DNA of 64,000 nucleotides from Macrostomum lignano (Eukaryota): NCBI GenBank assembly GCA_002269645.1, contig NIVC01000528.1, positions 124,001 to 188,000 of the forward strand, read 5' to 3'. Shown piece by piece: positions 36,011 to 47,609 of this stretch (position 1 is its first letter; each line of letters starts with the position of its first letter). The notes under the pieces were generated by a model. It saw only the letters and a program-made list of their open reading frames with translations, ran no database searches and was not told where the DNA came from. The position numbers and the translations under genes were made by a program.

Positions 36011-36175
36011 TCATAGGCAAATGTCCCCATTGCATGGCGGCAGCGGACCGGGCGAATTACTGTAGCAGAATCCGTCGGGACCGCAAACACATCTTGGACC
36101 ACAGGGATAATATTCTGCATTAACAGCTGCCATCAGCGCAGCGACGAGGACCAACAGAGCAAACAGAACTCGCAT
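36011..36175 (-). CDS. Small secreted six-cysteine peptide precursor, copy B: MRVLFALLVLVAALMAAVNA-EYYPCGPRCVCGPDGFCYSNSPGPLPPCNGDICL
   Basis: Intact ORF; three substitutions versus copy A (synonymous V9, F10L, Q21E); TATA at 36277-36270; AATAAA at 35915-35910. Confidence 0.8.
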   Translation of the reverse strand: MRVLFALLVLVAALMAAVNAEYYPCGPRCVCGPDGFCYSNSPGPLPPCNGDICL

Positions 36176-36704
36176 GCTGTTTCTTGAAGATGTGAACTTG
36201 TTGCAGTAGATAATTTTGTAACTCGTAGGAGGATTTGTAGGCTTGATTTTGTGCCAGTGCTCAGTTTCATATTTATAGATTCAAGATCCCATAAAGCACG
36301 GCTGCAATCGTTTAAATCACGCACTGCTTGACAAGCAGCTCCCAGCAAATTATTCGACTTTCTGCTCAGGTCGCAAAAAATTTTCATGTCCCTGGATTGA
36401 GCTTGATTGATGGTTTAGAGTTAATTCGCATGGCGTTAACTAACATTTGACATTTTCTCCACGCCTGCAAAATATGCGAAGCTGCTTTTGAACTGTGCGC
36501 AGGCACGCTGGAGGCTGTTCACAAGGACTTTTTCTCGTTGCCATGGCACCAAAACTGCGATCTTTTGCAGATCCTCTAAAATTTGTAATCATAAAAATCT
36601 ACATGTAAATTTTCATATAAGCTAATCAGAGTTTGATAGGTGGACAATCTCATAATCTCATAATCTCATAATCACATAATCTGATAAGAGTCTGCAGAAT
36701 TCCT

Positions 36705-38025
36705 GTCAGTAGAGTCCCAGTCAGTAAAGTCCCAGTCAGTAGAGACCCAGTCAGTAGAGACCCAGTCAGTAGAGTCCCAGTCAGTAGAGACCCAGTCAGC
36801 AGAGACCCAATCAGTAGAGACCCAGTCAGTAGAGTCCCAGTCAGTAGAGTGCCAGTCAGTAGAGTCCCAGTCAGTAGAGTCCCAGTCAGTAGAGTCCCAG
36901 TCAGCAGAGACCCAGTCAGTAGAGTCCCAGTCAGTAGAGTTCCACTCAGTAGAGTCCCAGTCAGTAGAGTCCCAGTCAGTAGAAAAACTGTGAATTACAG
37001 TTCAGTGTGCTGGCGCAGCTCCACACAGCTTCACCCTTGATGAGGATGCATGCTCCGCGCCGTAGGCTTGCCTTGGCGGCTTTTCTTTCAGCGAGGCCAC
37101 TTCTGCTGTCTAAGGCCCTGCCTGACCGAGAGAGGGCCTTAATGAGAGTCACTGTCAGTTTTGGTATCACTGTCTCATGATGAGAGTCACCGTCCATCTT
37201 GGCGGGTATCGGTGTCTCTCATGATTAGAGTCACTGCAGTATCTCTTGGTGAATTTCACTGTCTCTCATGGCGAGTGTCACTGTCTCTCATAGCTAGTAG
37301 CACTGTCTCTCATGGTGGTGTCACTGTCTCTCATAGTGAATTTCACTGTCCCTCATGGTGAATTTAAGTGTTTCTCATTGTGAGTGTCACTGTCTCTCAT
37401 GGTGAGTGTCACTGTCTCTCATGGTGAATTTCACTGTCTCTCATGGTGAGTGTCACTGTCTTTCATGGTGCGTGTCAATGTCTCTCATGGTGAGGTTCGC
37501 TGTCTTTCATGGTGCGTGTCACTGTCTCTCATGGTAAGTGTCACTGTCTCTCATGGTGAATTTCGCAGTCTCTCATTTTGTATTTCACTGTCTCTCATGG
37601 TGAGTGTCACTGTCTTTCATGGTGCGTGTCACTGTCTCTCATGGTGAGGTTCGCTGTCTTTCATGGTCAGTGTCACTGTCTCCTATGGTAAGTGTCACTG
37701 TCTCTCATGGTGAGGTTCATGTCTTTCATGGTGAGTGTCACTGTCTCTCATGGTGAGTGTCACTTTAGTTACCACCGGAGACAGTAGCGGTGATGTCAAT
37801 AGCGCTCATGACAGACCTGGAGACAGCAGCGGTGATGTCAATAGCACTCATGACAGCACTGGAGACAGTAGCGGTGATGTCAATAGCACTCATGACAGAC
37901 CTGGAGACAGTAGCGGTGATGTCAATAGCACTCATGACAGCCCTGGAGGCAGTAGCGGTGATGTCAATAGCACTCATGACAGCCCTGGAGGCAGTAGCGG
38001 TGATGTCAATAGCACTAATGACAGT
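36705..38025. repeat. 15-bp, 22-bp and 42-bp (GGAGACAGTAGCGGTGATGTCAATAGCACTCATGACAGACCT) arrays in duplication copy B
   Basis: Tandem periodicity; the 42-bp unit has ~6 copies here and ~2 in copy A. Confidence 0.9.
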
Positions 38026-39002
38026 TAGCGCTGACGCTGGTGAAGGATGCTGAGACGTCTCTGATCGAGCGGCTTTCGCACGACTCCACACGCCGTTTCC
38101 TATGCCTTCCCTCCCTCTGCGTACCCTCCCTTCGTACGCTCCTGATGTGCATCTATAGTATGTTTACACACACACGCTCAGAGCCCCAGGTAGACAGGTG
38201 TAAGCGGTACAGCCACAAGGCTGTTTTTGTAACGAGCTGAGTCAATTACGAGCTGTTTCTGAAGTCACGGACTTCGGCGTGGTTGAATCGCTTCTCACTC
38301 GAAAGTGAACATGCAGGACACAGAGTGCAGCAAAGTTTTGGACAGAATATTTGCTCTGAAGGTTACTTTTGAATTGTGAAAATATTAGTACCGATCAATC
38401 AGTCAACATATTAATTTATTCGAAATGACCATTTCCAAAATCAGTAAAACAACAAAAGCACTCTCGATTGATTTGCAACTCGACTCTGAAGTTTAACAGC
38501 TTAATTAACTTTTCAACACTGATTCGGCCGCGGCAAACAGAGGGAATGAATAGAAAACAAGGGGATATCCAATTTTTCGGATTTACATACATAGGACTAA
38601 TAATCCACGGCATCAGAGGTGCATGACCTTTGGGATTAGGAGATCACATGATGGATTAAATGAACCAGAGTGTGCGCAGTACAGTCTACTGTAAGCACTG
38701 ACTAATAGCTTCCATTGCAGACTTTCACGCACTCATAACTACAGGCCATCACGCAAAAGTTCAGTATCTTTATAATTTTTAATATCTAAAACTCAAGGCA
38801 CACAAAGCCACAACACATTTGCGAATTGAAGCTTGAAATCTGAGACAGCAGGTGCAACAACTGCTGACTGGCACTGGAGTGTATCTGCAGCTCTCATTTG
38901 ATTGAATTATTGGCAACTGTTGCTGCTGTGAAAGATTGACAGGTGAATCACAGCAAGGAATTCATGACTGTAAAGAATTCAGTAAACAGATGAGAGTAAC
39001 GG

Positions 39003-39552
39003 TACAGTGTACATTGTGGGGATGGGGTGAGGCAGGGCAGAGTGTACATTGTGGGGGATGGGGTGAGGCAGGGCAGAGTGTACATTGTGGGGGATGGGGT
39101 GAGGCAGAGCAGAGTGTACATTGTGGGGGATGGGGTGAGGCAGAGCAGAGTGTACATTGTGTGGGGGATGGGGTGAGGCAGGGCAGAGTGTACATTGTGG
39201 GGGATGGGGTGAGGTAGGGAAGAGTGTACATTGTGGGGGATGGGGTGAGGCAGAGCAGAGTGTACATTGTGGGGGATGGGGTGAGGCAGAGCAGAGTGTA
39301 CATTGTGGGGGATGGGGTGAGGCAGAGCAGAGTGTACATTGTGGGTGATGGGGTGAGGTAGGGAAGAGTGTACATTGTGGGGGATGGGGTGAGGCAGAGC
39401 AGAGAGTACATTGTGGGGGATGGGGTGAGGCAGAGCAGAGTGTACATTGTGGGGGGTGGGGTGAGGCAGGGCAGAGTGTACATTGTGGGAGATAGGGTCA
39501 GGAAGGGCAGAGTGTACATTGTGGGGGATGGGGTGAGGCAGAGCAGAGTGCT
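39003..39552. repeat. 36-bp G-rich minisatellite (GTACATTGTGGGGGATGGGGTGAGGCAGAGCAGAGT)
   Basis: Tandem periodicity. Confidence 0.93.
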
Positions 39553-39975
39553 CACTTTAGGGTCAGACAGGGCAAAAAGTACTCGTACATTGGGGGGGCT
39601 GGAGTTGACAGGGAAGTGTGTGCAGTTTGAACAATCTCAAGAACGCCAAAAATCGCTACGGGATTTAAAAAGTTGAAAACTTATGGTGCAATTAAAATAA
39701 TTTGAAAACAAAATTGAAACCAATCCCGACATTGCAGAGCGACAATCGAGAACCAAACCAGACAAGGGCTAATTTGATTGTGGAAACAAGGCCCAGACAA
39801 CGGAATGATTCCACGGAACCCATGGAATCAATTAAGGTGCCAATCATTAGGGATAAAGAAGTACAAACTAGTGTCTCCGATTAGCAAGATTGGCGAAGTG
39901 GTGAGCAACGGGAGATAAGCGACTTGGCCCTCGGTCAGGCAGTGGAGAGACTGAGTCAGTCTGTCTTGCACAAGT

Positions 39976-42900
39976 TTACAGGTCGTCATCGCCGATGGCG
40001 TGCACGAAGGAGTCGTTGTCGGCCACGGTGGCAGCGGCGCCGGCGGCGGAGTCGGCTGCGGACCAATGCGCCAGCCGCTGCGCCAGGCTCTGGTGGTCCT
40101 CGGCGCCCCCCACTCGCCGGGTGAACGGCCGCTGCCGGTCCACGAAGTCGTTTAAGTCGGCAGGGTCGCGGCCGCGGTCCCGGTCGGCCGGGGTTCGAAT
40201 CCGGCCGCCTGCCTTCTTCATGAGCACCTCGTCGACCACGGACTGGAGGCAGAGGCTGAGCAGCACGGCCTGGTGGGTGTTGATGCGGAACCATTTGAGC
40301 GAGTCGGGGGCCACCAGGTACTCGAAGCTGAGCTCGTGGCAGGGCACGCTGTCGCCCCGGCTGTTCGGCGCGGTGGCGCCAGGCGCGCTCGGGGTTGAGA
40401 GGCGCCAACGGCGCATCCGCACAACCCGGAAGACGCCTTCGGTGCGCGCGGACTGCGGCCTGACAACCAGCTCCTTGTTGCCAATCCACACCTGGCTCAG
40501 AGGAGGATTGCGGGCGCGATAGAAAAGCAAAGTGAATCATTTTGAGCCACACAGTTTTCCAGGATATTTAAAGCAAAGTTCCCAAAAACGGCATTCTCAT
40601 AAAGGTTGTCAAACTCGGTATGTCCTACTTCAGCCAAGCAATGAAACTGGCATCCGGAATCCCGTCTGGGGATCCAGAGGGACGGAGAACCGACACCCTA
40701 AGCCGACAATCCTCTTAAAACCAACAGAGCTCACCACGGCTGGCGTGTCGGGCGTTGGCCAGTCGGCAAAGCAGTCGGGGAACGGCAGGAAGCCGTAGAA
40801 GCGGCAGGTCCGCGCCAGCCGCAGGAAATCCCGACGCGACCTGGACTGGCGGTAGTCGGCCAGGCGGTCCGCCTGCTCCCGGCTGGGCAGGATCCAGCCG
40901 TTGTCCAGGTCGGCGCATGCCTGGGCGTGGGTTATTGCGGGAGGCGGAACTGGCTGAGAAGCTGGCCCGGCAACTGAGGATCTGGGAGGCTGGCCCAGCA
41001 ACTGAGGATCTGGGAGGCTGGCCCGGCAACTGAGGATCTGGGAGGCTGGCCCGGCAACTGAGAATCTGAGAGGCTGGCCCAGCATCTGGGGATCTGGGAG
41101 GCTGGCCCAGCAACTGAGGATCTGGGAGGCTGGCCCGGCAACTGAGGATCTGGGAGGCTGGCCCGGCAACTGAGGATCTGGGAGGATGGCCCTGAAGCCT
41201 GGAGGCCAGGTCCATGACGCAACAATGTCAGGTGCCGCAAAGCCCATTACCTGAGCATAGAGCAGTCGCAGCGCCGCAGGCTCATCGTACAATTCATTCT
41301 CCAGCAGGGAGTCCCAGAAGGCCTTGCGCACAACCAGCCGAGCCGATTCGGCCTCCTGCTGCGCGGCGGCCAGAGACACGCAGGGCAGCTCAAAGTCCTG
41401 CAGGCGGCGGAGCACAGCGGGCTGGCCGGAGGCGCCGGTCGCCACCAGGAACAGGCCGAAGTAGTAGGCGAACCGCTCGCTGAGGCCGGCGGTCTTGGCG
41501 AAGGCCTCCAACACGTCATCGGTGCGGTCGGTGTTGAGCACGGATAGGCAGCAGCGCTTGCCGGTCATGAGGCCGATCTGCAGTTCGACGGGCTCCGGCC
41601 TGAGGCCGCGGCTCGCCTTCTGCGCACCCTGCAGGAACGTCTGGAAGCGGCCGCCGAGCGCCGGGTCCTGGCTCACCTGCGGACCGCGAGGGCGAGAGTG
41701 AAATGCGTCTGATTGTGCATAGCAACAATATAGAGTTCTGGATTAACATTTTAATCCACTTTAATCCTTAACCGCAGAAGTACTTTTATGATCGGGCAAG
41801 CGGATGACCAAATCTATCAGCAGTTGAAATGCGAGTGCACTGTGAGCTCGGATTTCTGGCCACAGTTGCTGACCTGCCTATGCTCAAATGGGGTTGCTGA
41901 CATGCCAATGCTCAAATGGGGTTGCTGAGATTCCAATGCTCAAATGGAGTTGCTGAGATGCCTATGCTCAAATGAGGTTGCTGAGATGCCAATGCTCAAA
42001 TGGAGTTGCTGAGATGCCTATGCTCAAATGGGATTGCTGAGATGCCAATGCTCAAATGGGGTTGCTGACATGCCAATGCTCAAATGGGGTTGCTGAGATG
42101 CCAATGCTCAAATGGGGTTGCTGACATGCCTATGCTCAAATGGGATTGCTGAGATGCCAATGCTCAAATGGGGTTGCTGAGATGCCAATGCTCAAATGGG
42201 GTTGCTGACATGCCAATGCTCAAATGGGGTTGCTGAGATGTCTATACTCAAATGGGGTTGCTGAGATGCTAATGCTCAAATGGGGTTGCTGAGATGCCCA
42301 TGCTCAAATGGGGTTGCTGAGATGCCTATGCTGAAATAGCGTTGCTGAGATGCCAATGCTCAAATGCTCAATTTGACATCTGAATATACCTGCCCTAATG
42401 GACTCAGTCGAAGGACTGGGGGGTCGCCACAACCACCCTCAGTTACCCCAGCTAATGCTGGCACCCATTTTACAGCTGGGTGAGCTGAAGCAATGCAGAG
42501 TTAAGTGTCTTGCTCAAGGACACAAATTGTTCCGAGTGTGTCGAGAATCGAACCCCTGACCTTGCAGTAGTGAGTCTGACCCCCTTATTAAAACAAAGCA
42601 TGAACCCGATGAATTGCAGTTCTGTTCTGGTCCTGGTAAAAAAGAGAAACTGAGCACAAAAAAGCAAAAGAAGAGCTGAATTGAATTTAAATTGTCATGA
42701 ATTGTTCAAGAAAAATCCCAAGGATACTCAGGAGCTCAGAGGCATAAATTATCTTGAAAAAGAGCTTCAGACCAAAAAACTAAAGATAAAATTAGAAAAC
42801 TCTTGTTCCAGTGCCACCTACTGAAGCTCACAGATAGGCATAAATCCCGTGACATGGAGGCTCCTCAGCCCCCGCAACCCAAGCTGAAATAAGATTGACG

Positions 42901-44857
42901 ACCTGTGCTCCGAGATAAGCTGGGAGATTTCTCCTGTCTGATTTATGCCTCGCTTCAACTGTCGCTGAAAACTCAGCAGAGACAAAACATTTTTGCTTCA
43001 CAGTTTGCTTTGATTTAAGATTTCATTTCTTCAGAGAGTTACCAGTCACTACTTGTCGATTTGTGCACAAGACAGACTACTTTTAGCCGCTGAAAAGTAG
43101 CAATACAGAAATTTTATTGGTAAAATTGACTCTCTTCAGACCATCGACAAGTGAATGCGGAGTCTGGGGCGATTCTAATTTCAATACAAGGGCGGCTTTT
43201 ATAAGACAGCACAGGGGAATTCAATCTGAGAAATCCCAATTAACACAGTGCATCAGGGGGAATTCAGTCTGAGCAATCCCAATTAACACAGTGCATCAGG
43301 GGGAATTCAGTCTGAGCAATCCCAATTAACACAGTGCATCAGGGGGAATTCAATCTGAGCAATCCCAATTAACACAGTGCATCAGGGGGAATTCAGTCTG
43401 AGCAATCCCAATTAACACAGTGCATCAGGGGGAATTCAGTCTGAGCAATCCCAATTAGCACAGTGCATCAGGGGGAATTTAGTCTGAGCAATCCCAATTA
43501 ACACAGTGCATCAGGGGGAATTCAATCTGAGAAATCCCAATTAACACAGTGCATCAGGGGGAATTCAGTCTGAGCAATCCCAATTAACACAGTGCATCAG
43601 GGGGAATTCAGTCTGAGCAATCCCAATTAGCACAGTGCATCAGGGGGAATTCAGTCTGAGCAATCCCAATTAGCACAGTGCATCAGGGGGAATTCAGTCT
43701 GAGCAATCCCAATTAACACACTGCATCAGGGGGAATTCAGTCTGAGCAATCCCAATTAGCACAGTGCATCAGGGGGAATTCAGTCTGAGCAATCCCAATT
43801 AACACAGTGCATCAGGGGGAATTCAATCTGAGCAATCCCAATTAACACAGTGCATCAGGGGGAATTCAGTCTGAGCAATCCCAATTAACACAGTGCATCA
43901 GGGGGAATTCAGTCTGAGCAATCCCAATTAGCACAGTGCATCAGGGGGAATTTAGTCTGAGCAATCCCAATTAACACAGTGCATCAGGGGGAATTCAATC
44001 TGAGAAATCCCAATTAACACAGTGCATCAGGGGGAATTCAGTCTGAGCAATCCCAATTAACACAGTGCATCAGGGGAATTCAGTCTGAGCAATCCCAATT
44101 AGCACAGTGCATCAGGGGGAATTCAGTCTGAGCAATCCCAATTAGCACAGTGCATCAGGGGGAATTCAGTCTGAGCAATCCCAATTAACACAGTGCATCA
44201 GGGGGAATTCAGTCTGAGCAATCCCAATTAGCACAGTGCATCAGGGGGAATTCAGTCTGAGCAATCCCAATTAACACACTGCATCAGGGGGAATTCAGTC
44301 TGAGCAATCCCAATTAACACAGTGCATCAGGGGGAATTCAGTCTGAGCAATCCCAATTAGCACAGTGCATCAGGGGGAATTCAGTCTGAGCAATCCCAAT
44401 TGACACAGTGCATCAGGGGGAATTCAGTCTGAGCAATCCCAATTAACACACTGCATCAGGGGGAATTCAGTCTGAGCAATCCCAATTAGCACAGTGCATC
44501 AGGGGGAATTCAGTCTGAGCAATCCCAATTGACACAGTGCATCAGGGGGAATTCAGTCTGAGCAATCCCAATTAACACACTGCATCAGGGACGCGCCAGT
44601 CTCACCTGCTGCACGAACAGCTCAAGCTGGGCCCGCCGCTCAGCCAGCTGCGAGGCGGTGAGTCCGAAGAGCCGCTTTGGCGGGAAGGCCGGCACCGCCC
44701 TGGCGCCGTGACCCTCAACCAGCGCGTCATAGAAGCTGCGCAGCTCGCTGAACCTGGTGGAGCAGTGGAACACGCCGTTCACGTAGATCTTGTAGCTGGT
44801 GTAGCTGGCCCCGTCCGAGTCCGACACCTGCTCGTACTCGGGTATGGAGAAGTGCAT
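39976..44857 (-). CDS. SNX17: Sorting nexin 17 (PX + FERM-like), 459 aa; exons 44857-44606, 41676-41251, 40920-40735, 40491-39976
   Basis: N-terminus MHFSIPE...YKIYVNGVFHCSTRFSEL...PAFPPKRLF is typical of SNX17/31; all four exons join in phase 0 with GT-AG sites. Confidence 0.92.
40955..41185. repeat. 28-bp minisatellite in SNX17 intron 2 (CTGGCCCGGCAACTGAGGATCTGGGAGG)
   Basis: Tandem periodicity. Confidence 0.9.
41870..42365. repeat. 28-bp minisatellite in SNX17 intron 1 (CTCAAATGGGGTTGCTGAGATGCCAATG)
   Basis: Tandem periodicity. Confidence 0.92.
42390..42590 (-). mobile_element. tRNA-derived CORE-type (MIR-like) SINE remnant
   Basis: Plus strand CCCATTTTACAGCTGGG...GAGTTAAGTGTCTTGCTCAAGGACACA (42464-42524) resembles the MIR CORE; B-box GGTTCGATTCTC on the minus strand at 42554-42543. 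Confidence 0.6.
43215..44590. repeat. 43-bp minisatellite in SNX17 intron 1 (CAGTGCATCAGGGGGAATTCAGTCTGAGCAATCCCAATTAACA)
   Basis: About 31 highly similar units. Confidence 0.96.
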
Positions 44858-45009
44858 CGGACTTCACAGAGCCCCAATCAGATCAGCCGCAGGTGAACCA
44901 ATTGAAGCAAATGCAAACAGTTTTGCCTGTCCAGTCTGGATGTCAGCAGTGTTCAATAGTGGCGATTCATGCAATGGGATCAGCAAGTTCTAAGACTGTC
45001 AAAATCCCA

Positions 45010-45185
45010 ACCCCAGTGATATTTGAACGTCAGGATCCCAACCCTAGTGATCCGTGAACCTCAGGGTCCCAGCCCTAGTGATCCGTGAATCTCAGGGTCT
45101 CAGCCCTAGTGATCCGTGAACCTCAGGGTCCCAACCCTAGTGATCCTTGAACCTCAGGGTCCCAACCCTAGTGATCCTTGAACCT
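45010..45185. repeat. ~31-bp short tandem array (CTCAGGGTCCCAACCCTAGTGATCCGTGAAC)
   Basis: About 5 diverged units. Confidence 0.8.
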
Positions 45186-45558
45186 CAAAAATTTCAATCT
45201 CAAAATCCCAGGGTTTTTCAATATACACATTTTTTCATATATCTAATGCAATTGTGGAAAAAGTAAAATGGCAATAGTGGGATGTTTTTTATATATAAAA
45301 ATAATATTGGAAATATAGAATGACAACCAAAACACTGTCAAAGGCTTTTGATAAATTGTACTTTTAACAAAATTAATCTAATATACTTTACTAACAAAGT
45401 TAATTTAGATAAGACAAAAATTCTGATGGTTAGAACACTTTGTGCTTTCAAAAAGAAAATATACATATATAGATTATTCATTATTTAATATAGGATGCAT
45501 AGAATGTTGTGCATTTACAAGCTGCTTTATTTAAACCAGAAAAAGCTCCAAATGCTTA

Positions 45559-46448
45559 GTTAATTGCAAATCATAAAATAATTGGACAAATATGAAACTG
45601 CAAAAATAGTGTGTGATTACTATTAATAGTAGTAATAATTGTTCTCATAAATAGTCTGTTTAAATACTCTTTAAAGTGAATATTAACGTCCCTGTTCGGG
45701 CGCCATGTCGAGAAAAAATACTAAATTAAAGACTAGAGAGTTACTTGGAGTTAAATTGAATCTAAGATAAGCGAGTAAGTGGGCGCAGGGCCCAAACAAG
45801 TATATTTATACCAGACATTAACTTAGGGGGTTTGAATTGCAGATAATAAAGAGAGAGGTGGAGTGCACGACTAAATAGAGAGGCGAGAATGGAGAACCAA
45901 TCAGAAGGCAGCAAGGGAGAGAGAGATAAGAATAACAAGATTGAGCTAGACACAGAGAGAGAGAGAAAACAGTAAACAGAGACAAGTGAAGGTGAACTAA
46001 AGAAAGAAACTTTCCTAGTCATTTCTTTAGTTCACCTTCACTTGTCTCTGTTTACTGTTTTCTCTCTCTCTGTGTCTAGCTCAATCTTGTTATTTTTATC
46101 TCTCTCTCCCTTGCTGCCTTCTGATTGGTTCTCCATTCTCGCCTCTCTATTTAGTCATGCACTCCACCCCCTCTCTTTATTATCTGCAATTCAAACCCCC
46201 TAAGTTAATGTCTGGTATAAATATACTTGTTTGGGCCCTGCGCCCACTTACTGGCTTATCTTAGATTCAATTTAACTCCAAGTAACTCTCTAGTCTTTAA
46301 TTTAGTATTTTTTCTCGACAGTTAATTGCAAATCATAAAATAATTGGACAAATATGAAACTGCAAAAATAGTGTGTGATTACTATTAATAGTAGTAATCA
46401 TTGTTCTCATAAATAGTCTGTTTAAATATTCTTTAAAGTGAATATTAA
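45559..46448. mobile_element. 128-bp direct repeats (45559-45686, 46321-46448) flanking an 18-nt tRNA-Lys 3' end (45688-45705) and a 615-bp palindrome (arms 45706-46005 and 46022-46320)
   Basis: Arms are reverse complements with a few substitutions and indels; direct repeats match at 126/128; GTCCCTGTTCGGGCGCCA equals the 3' 18 nt of tRNA-Lys(UUU) including CCA. Confidence 0.88.
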
Positions 46449-46460
46449 TATTAAGTTTTT

Positions 46461-47609
46461 TGTAGTAATCTTCTAACATTCCCATTAAATTTGCCTATGT
46501 TTTTAAAGTGAAGATTAATATTCACCTCATTTTGTTATGATGCTTATTTGTTTAAATCATTTCTCAGAATTAATATTGACTATGTCCTCCAAATAGTATA
46601 AATAGATACAAACTGGTTAGCAAAACATTTATTCTAAGACACACACAGGAAAAATAGATCATTCATTAAATAATAAGAATGCTACCAATAAGAAATACAG
46701 AATGCTCCAGATATTTACTTAGGACTTATTATTAGATTTACACTTAGACCTGTTATGAAATAAGCCAAGTCATGCTAGTTGCAATTAGCTACAAAAACTC
46801 TTAGAGCCAGACACTAGGTAAACAAGTCAATATATATATATGCCCAACACCCATCCAACCCATCCAAACTGGATGGGTGAAATGGTCTCTGGCCAAGATA
46901 AGTCACAAAATCAAAGGCAAAAAAATGGAAAAATTGGGGGAAGAAAGAAGAGGAAAAGAAAAGGAAAAGGAGGGAGAACAGAGAGAGGGGAAGAGGATAG
47001 AGAAAGAGAAAGAGAAGAAAAGAGAAAAAGGCAAGAAAAGTCATATACAAAGTGAAAATTAAGTTGCAATCAGGAAGAACTAAGTTAAAAATCTGGACAA
47101 AACTAATCGCACCAGATGGGTGAAATTTTGAGGTTGGGCATATGTGTAGAAGATTCACATATTGTTGAAAACTCTACTGTACATAGAAAGGGTGTAGGCA
47201 GTATACACAAAGTACACAAAACTACAAAAGTAAATATTAGAGCATACAAGCCATACATAACAAGACATATACTCAGACTTATACTCAGACTAATACTCAG
47301 ACTAATACTCAGACATATACTCAGACTTATACTCAGACTAATACTCAGACTAATACTCAGACTAATACTCAGACTAATACTCAGACTAATACTCAGACTA
47401 ATACTCAGACATATACTCAGACTAATACTCAGACTAATACTCAGACTAATACTCAGACTTATACTCAGACTTATACTCAGACTAATACTCAGACTAATAC
47501 TCAGACTTATACTCAGACTAATACTCAGACTAATACCTAGGCCCTATTCTAAGATCTATGCTCAGTAGTTAATTATAGTTTACTACAACTTTGGTGACAG
47601 CTGTGGGAT
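46461..47609 (+). mobile_element. Orphan 5' LTR (46461-47587; TGTAGTAA...TTACTACA) followed by a tRNA-Leu-type PBS (47592-47609)
   Basis: 8-bp inverted termini; TGGTGACAGCTGTGGGAT starts after a 4-nt spacer (ACTT) and is complementary to a tRNA-Leu-like 3' end; no gag/pol and no second LTR found. Confidence 0.65.
47262..47535. repeat. 12-bp minisatellite (ATACTCAGACTA) inside the LTR candidate
   Basis: Tandem periodicity. Confidence 0.93.

Larger units (their letters stand above)
35800..38590. repeat. Copy B of the ~2.8-kb tandem segmental duplication
   Basis: Near-identical to 32710-35490; carries longer 15-bp and 42-bp arrays. Confidence 0.93.

Noticed and set aside
40630-41676. 348-aa ORF taken as one exon
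   Set aside because: It reads through SNX17 intron 2, which is a minisatellite; GT-AG sites give an SNX17-length protein without it
43215-44590. Regular 43-bp array (also the 28-, 36- and 42-bp arrays) as possible CRISPR
   Set aside because: Units are head-to-tail with no unique spacers; eukaryotic context and no cas genes
45688-45705. tRNA-Lys gene
   Set aside because: Only the 3' 18 nt with encoded CCA are present, which fits a primer-binding site and not a gene
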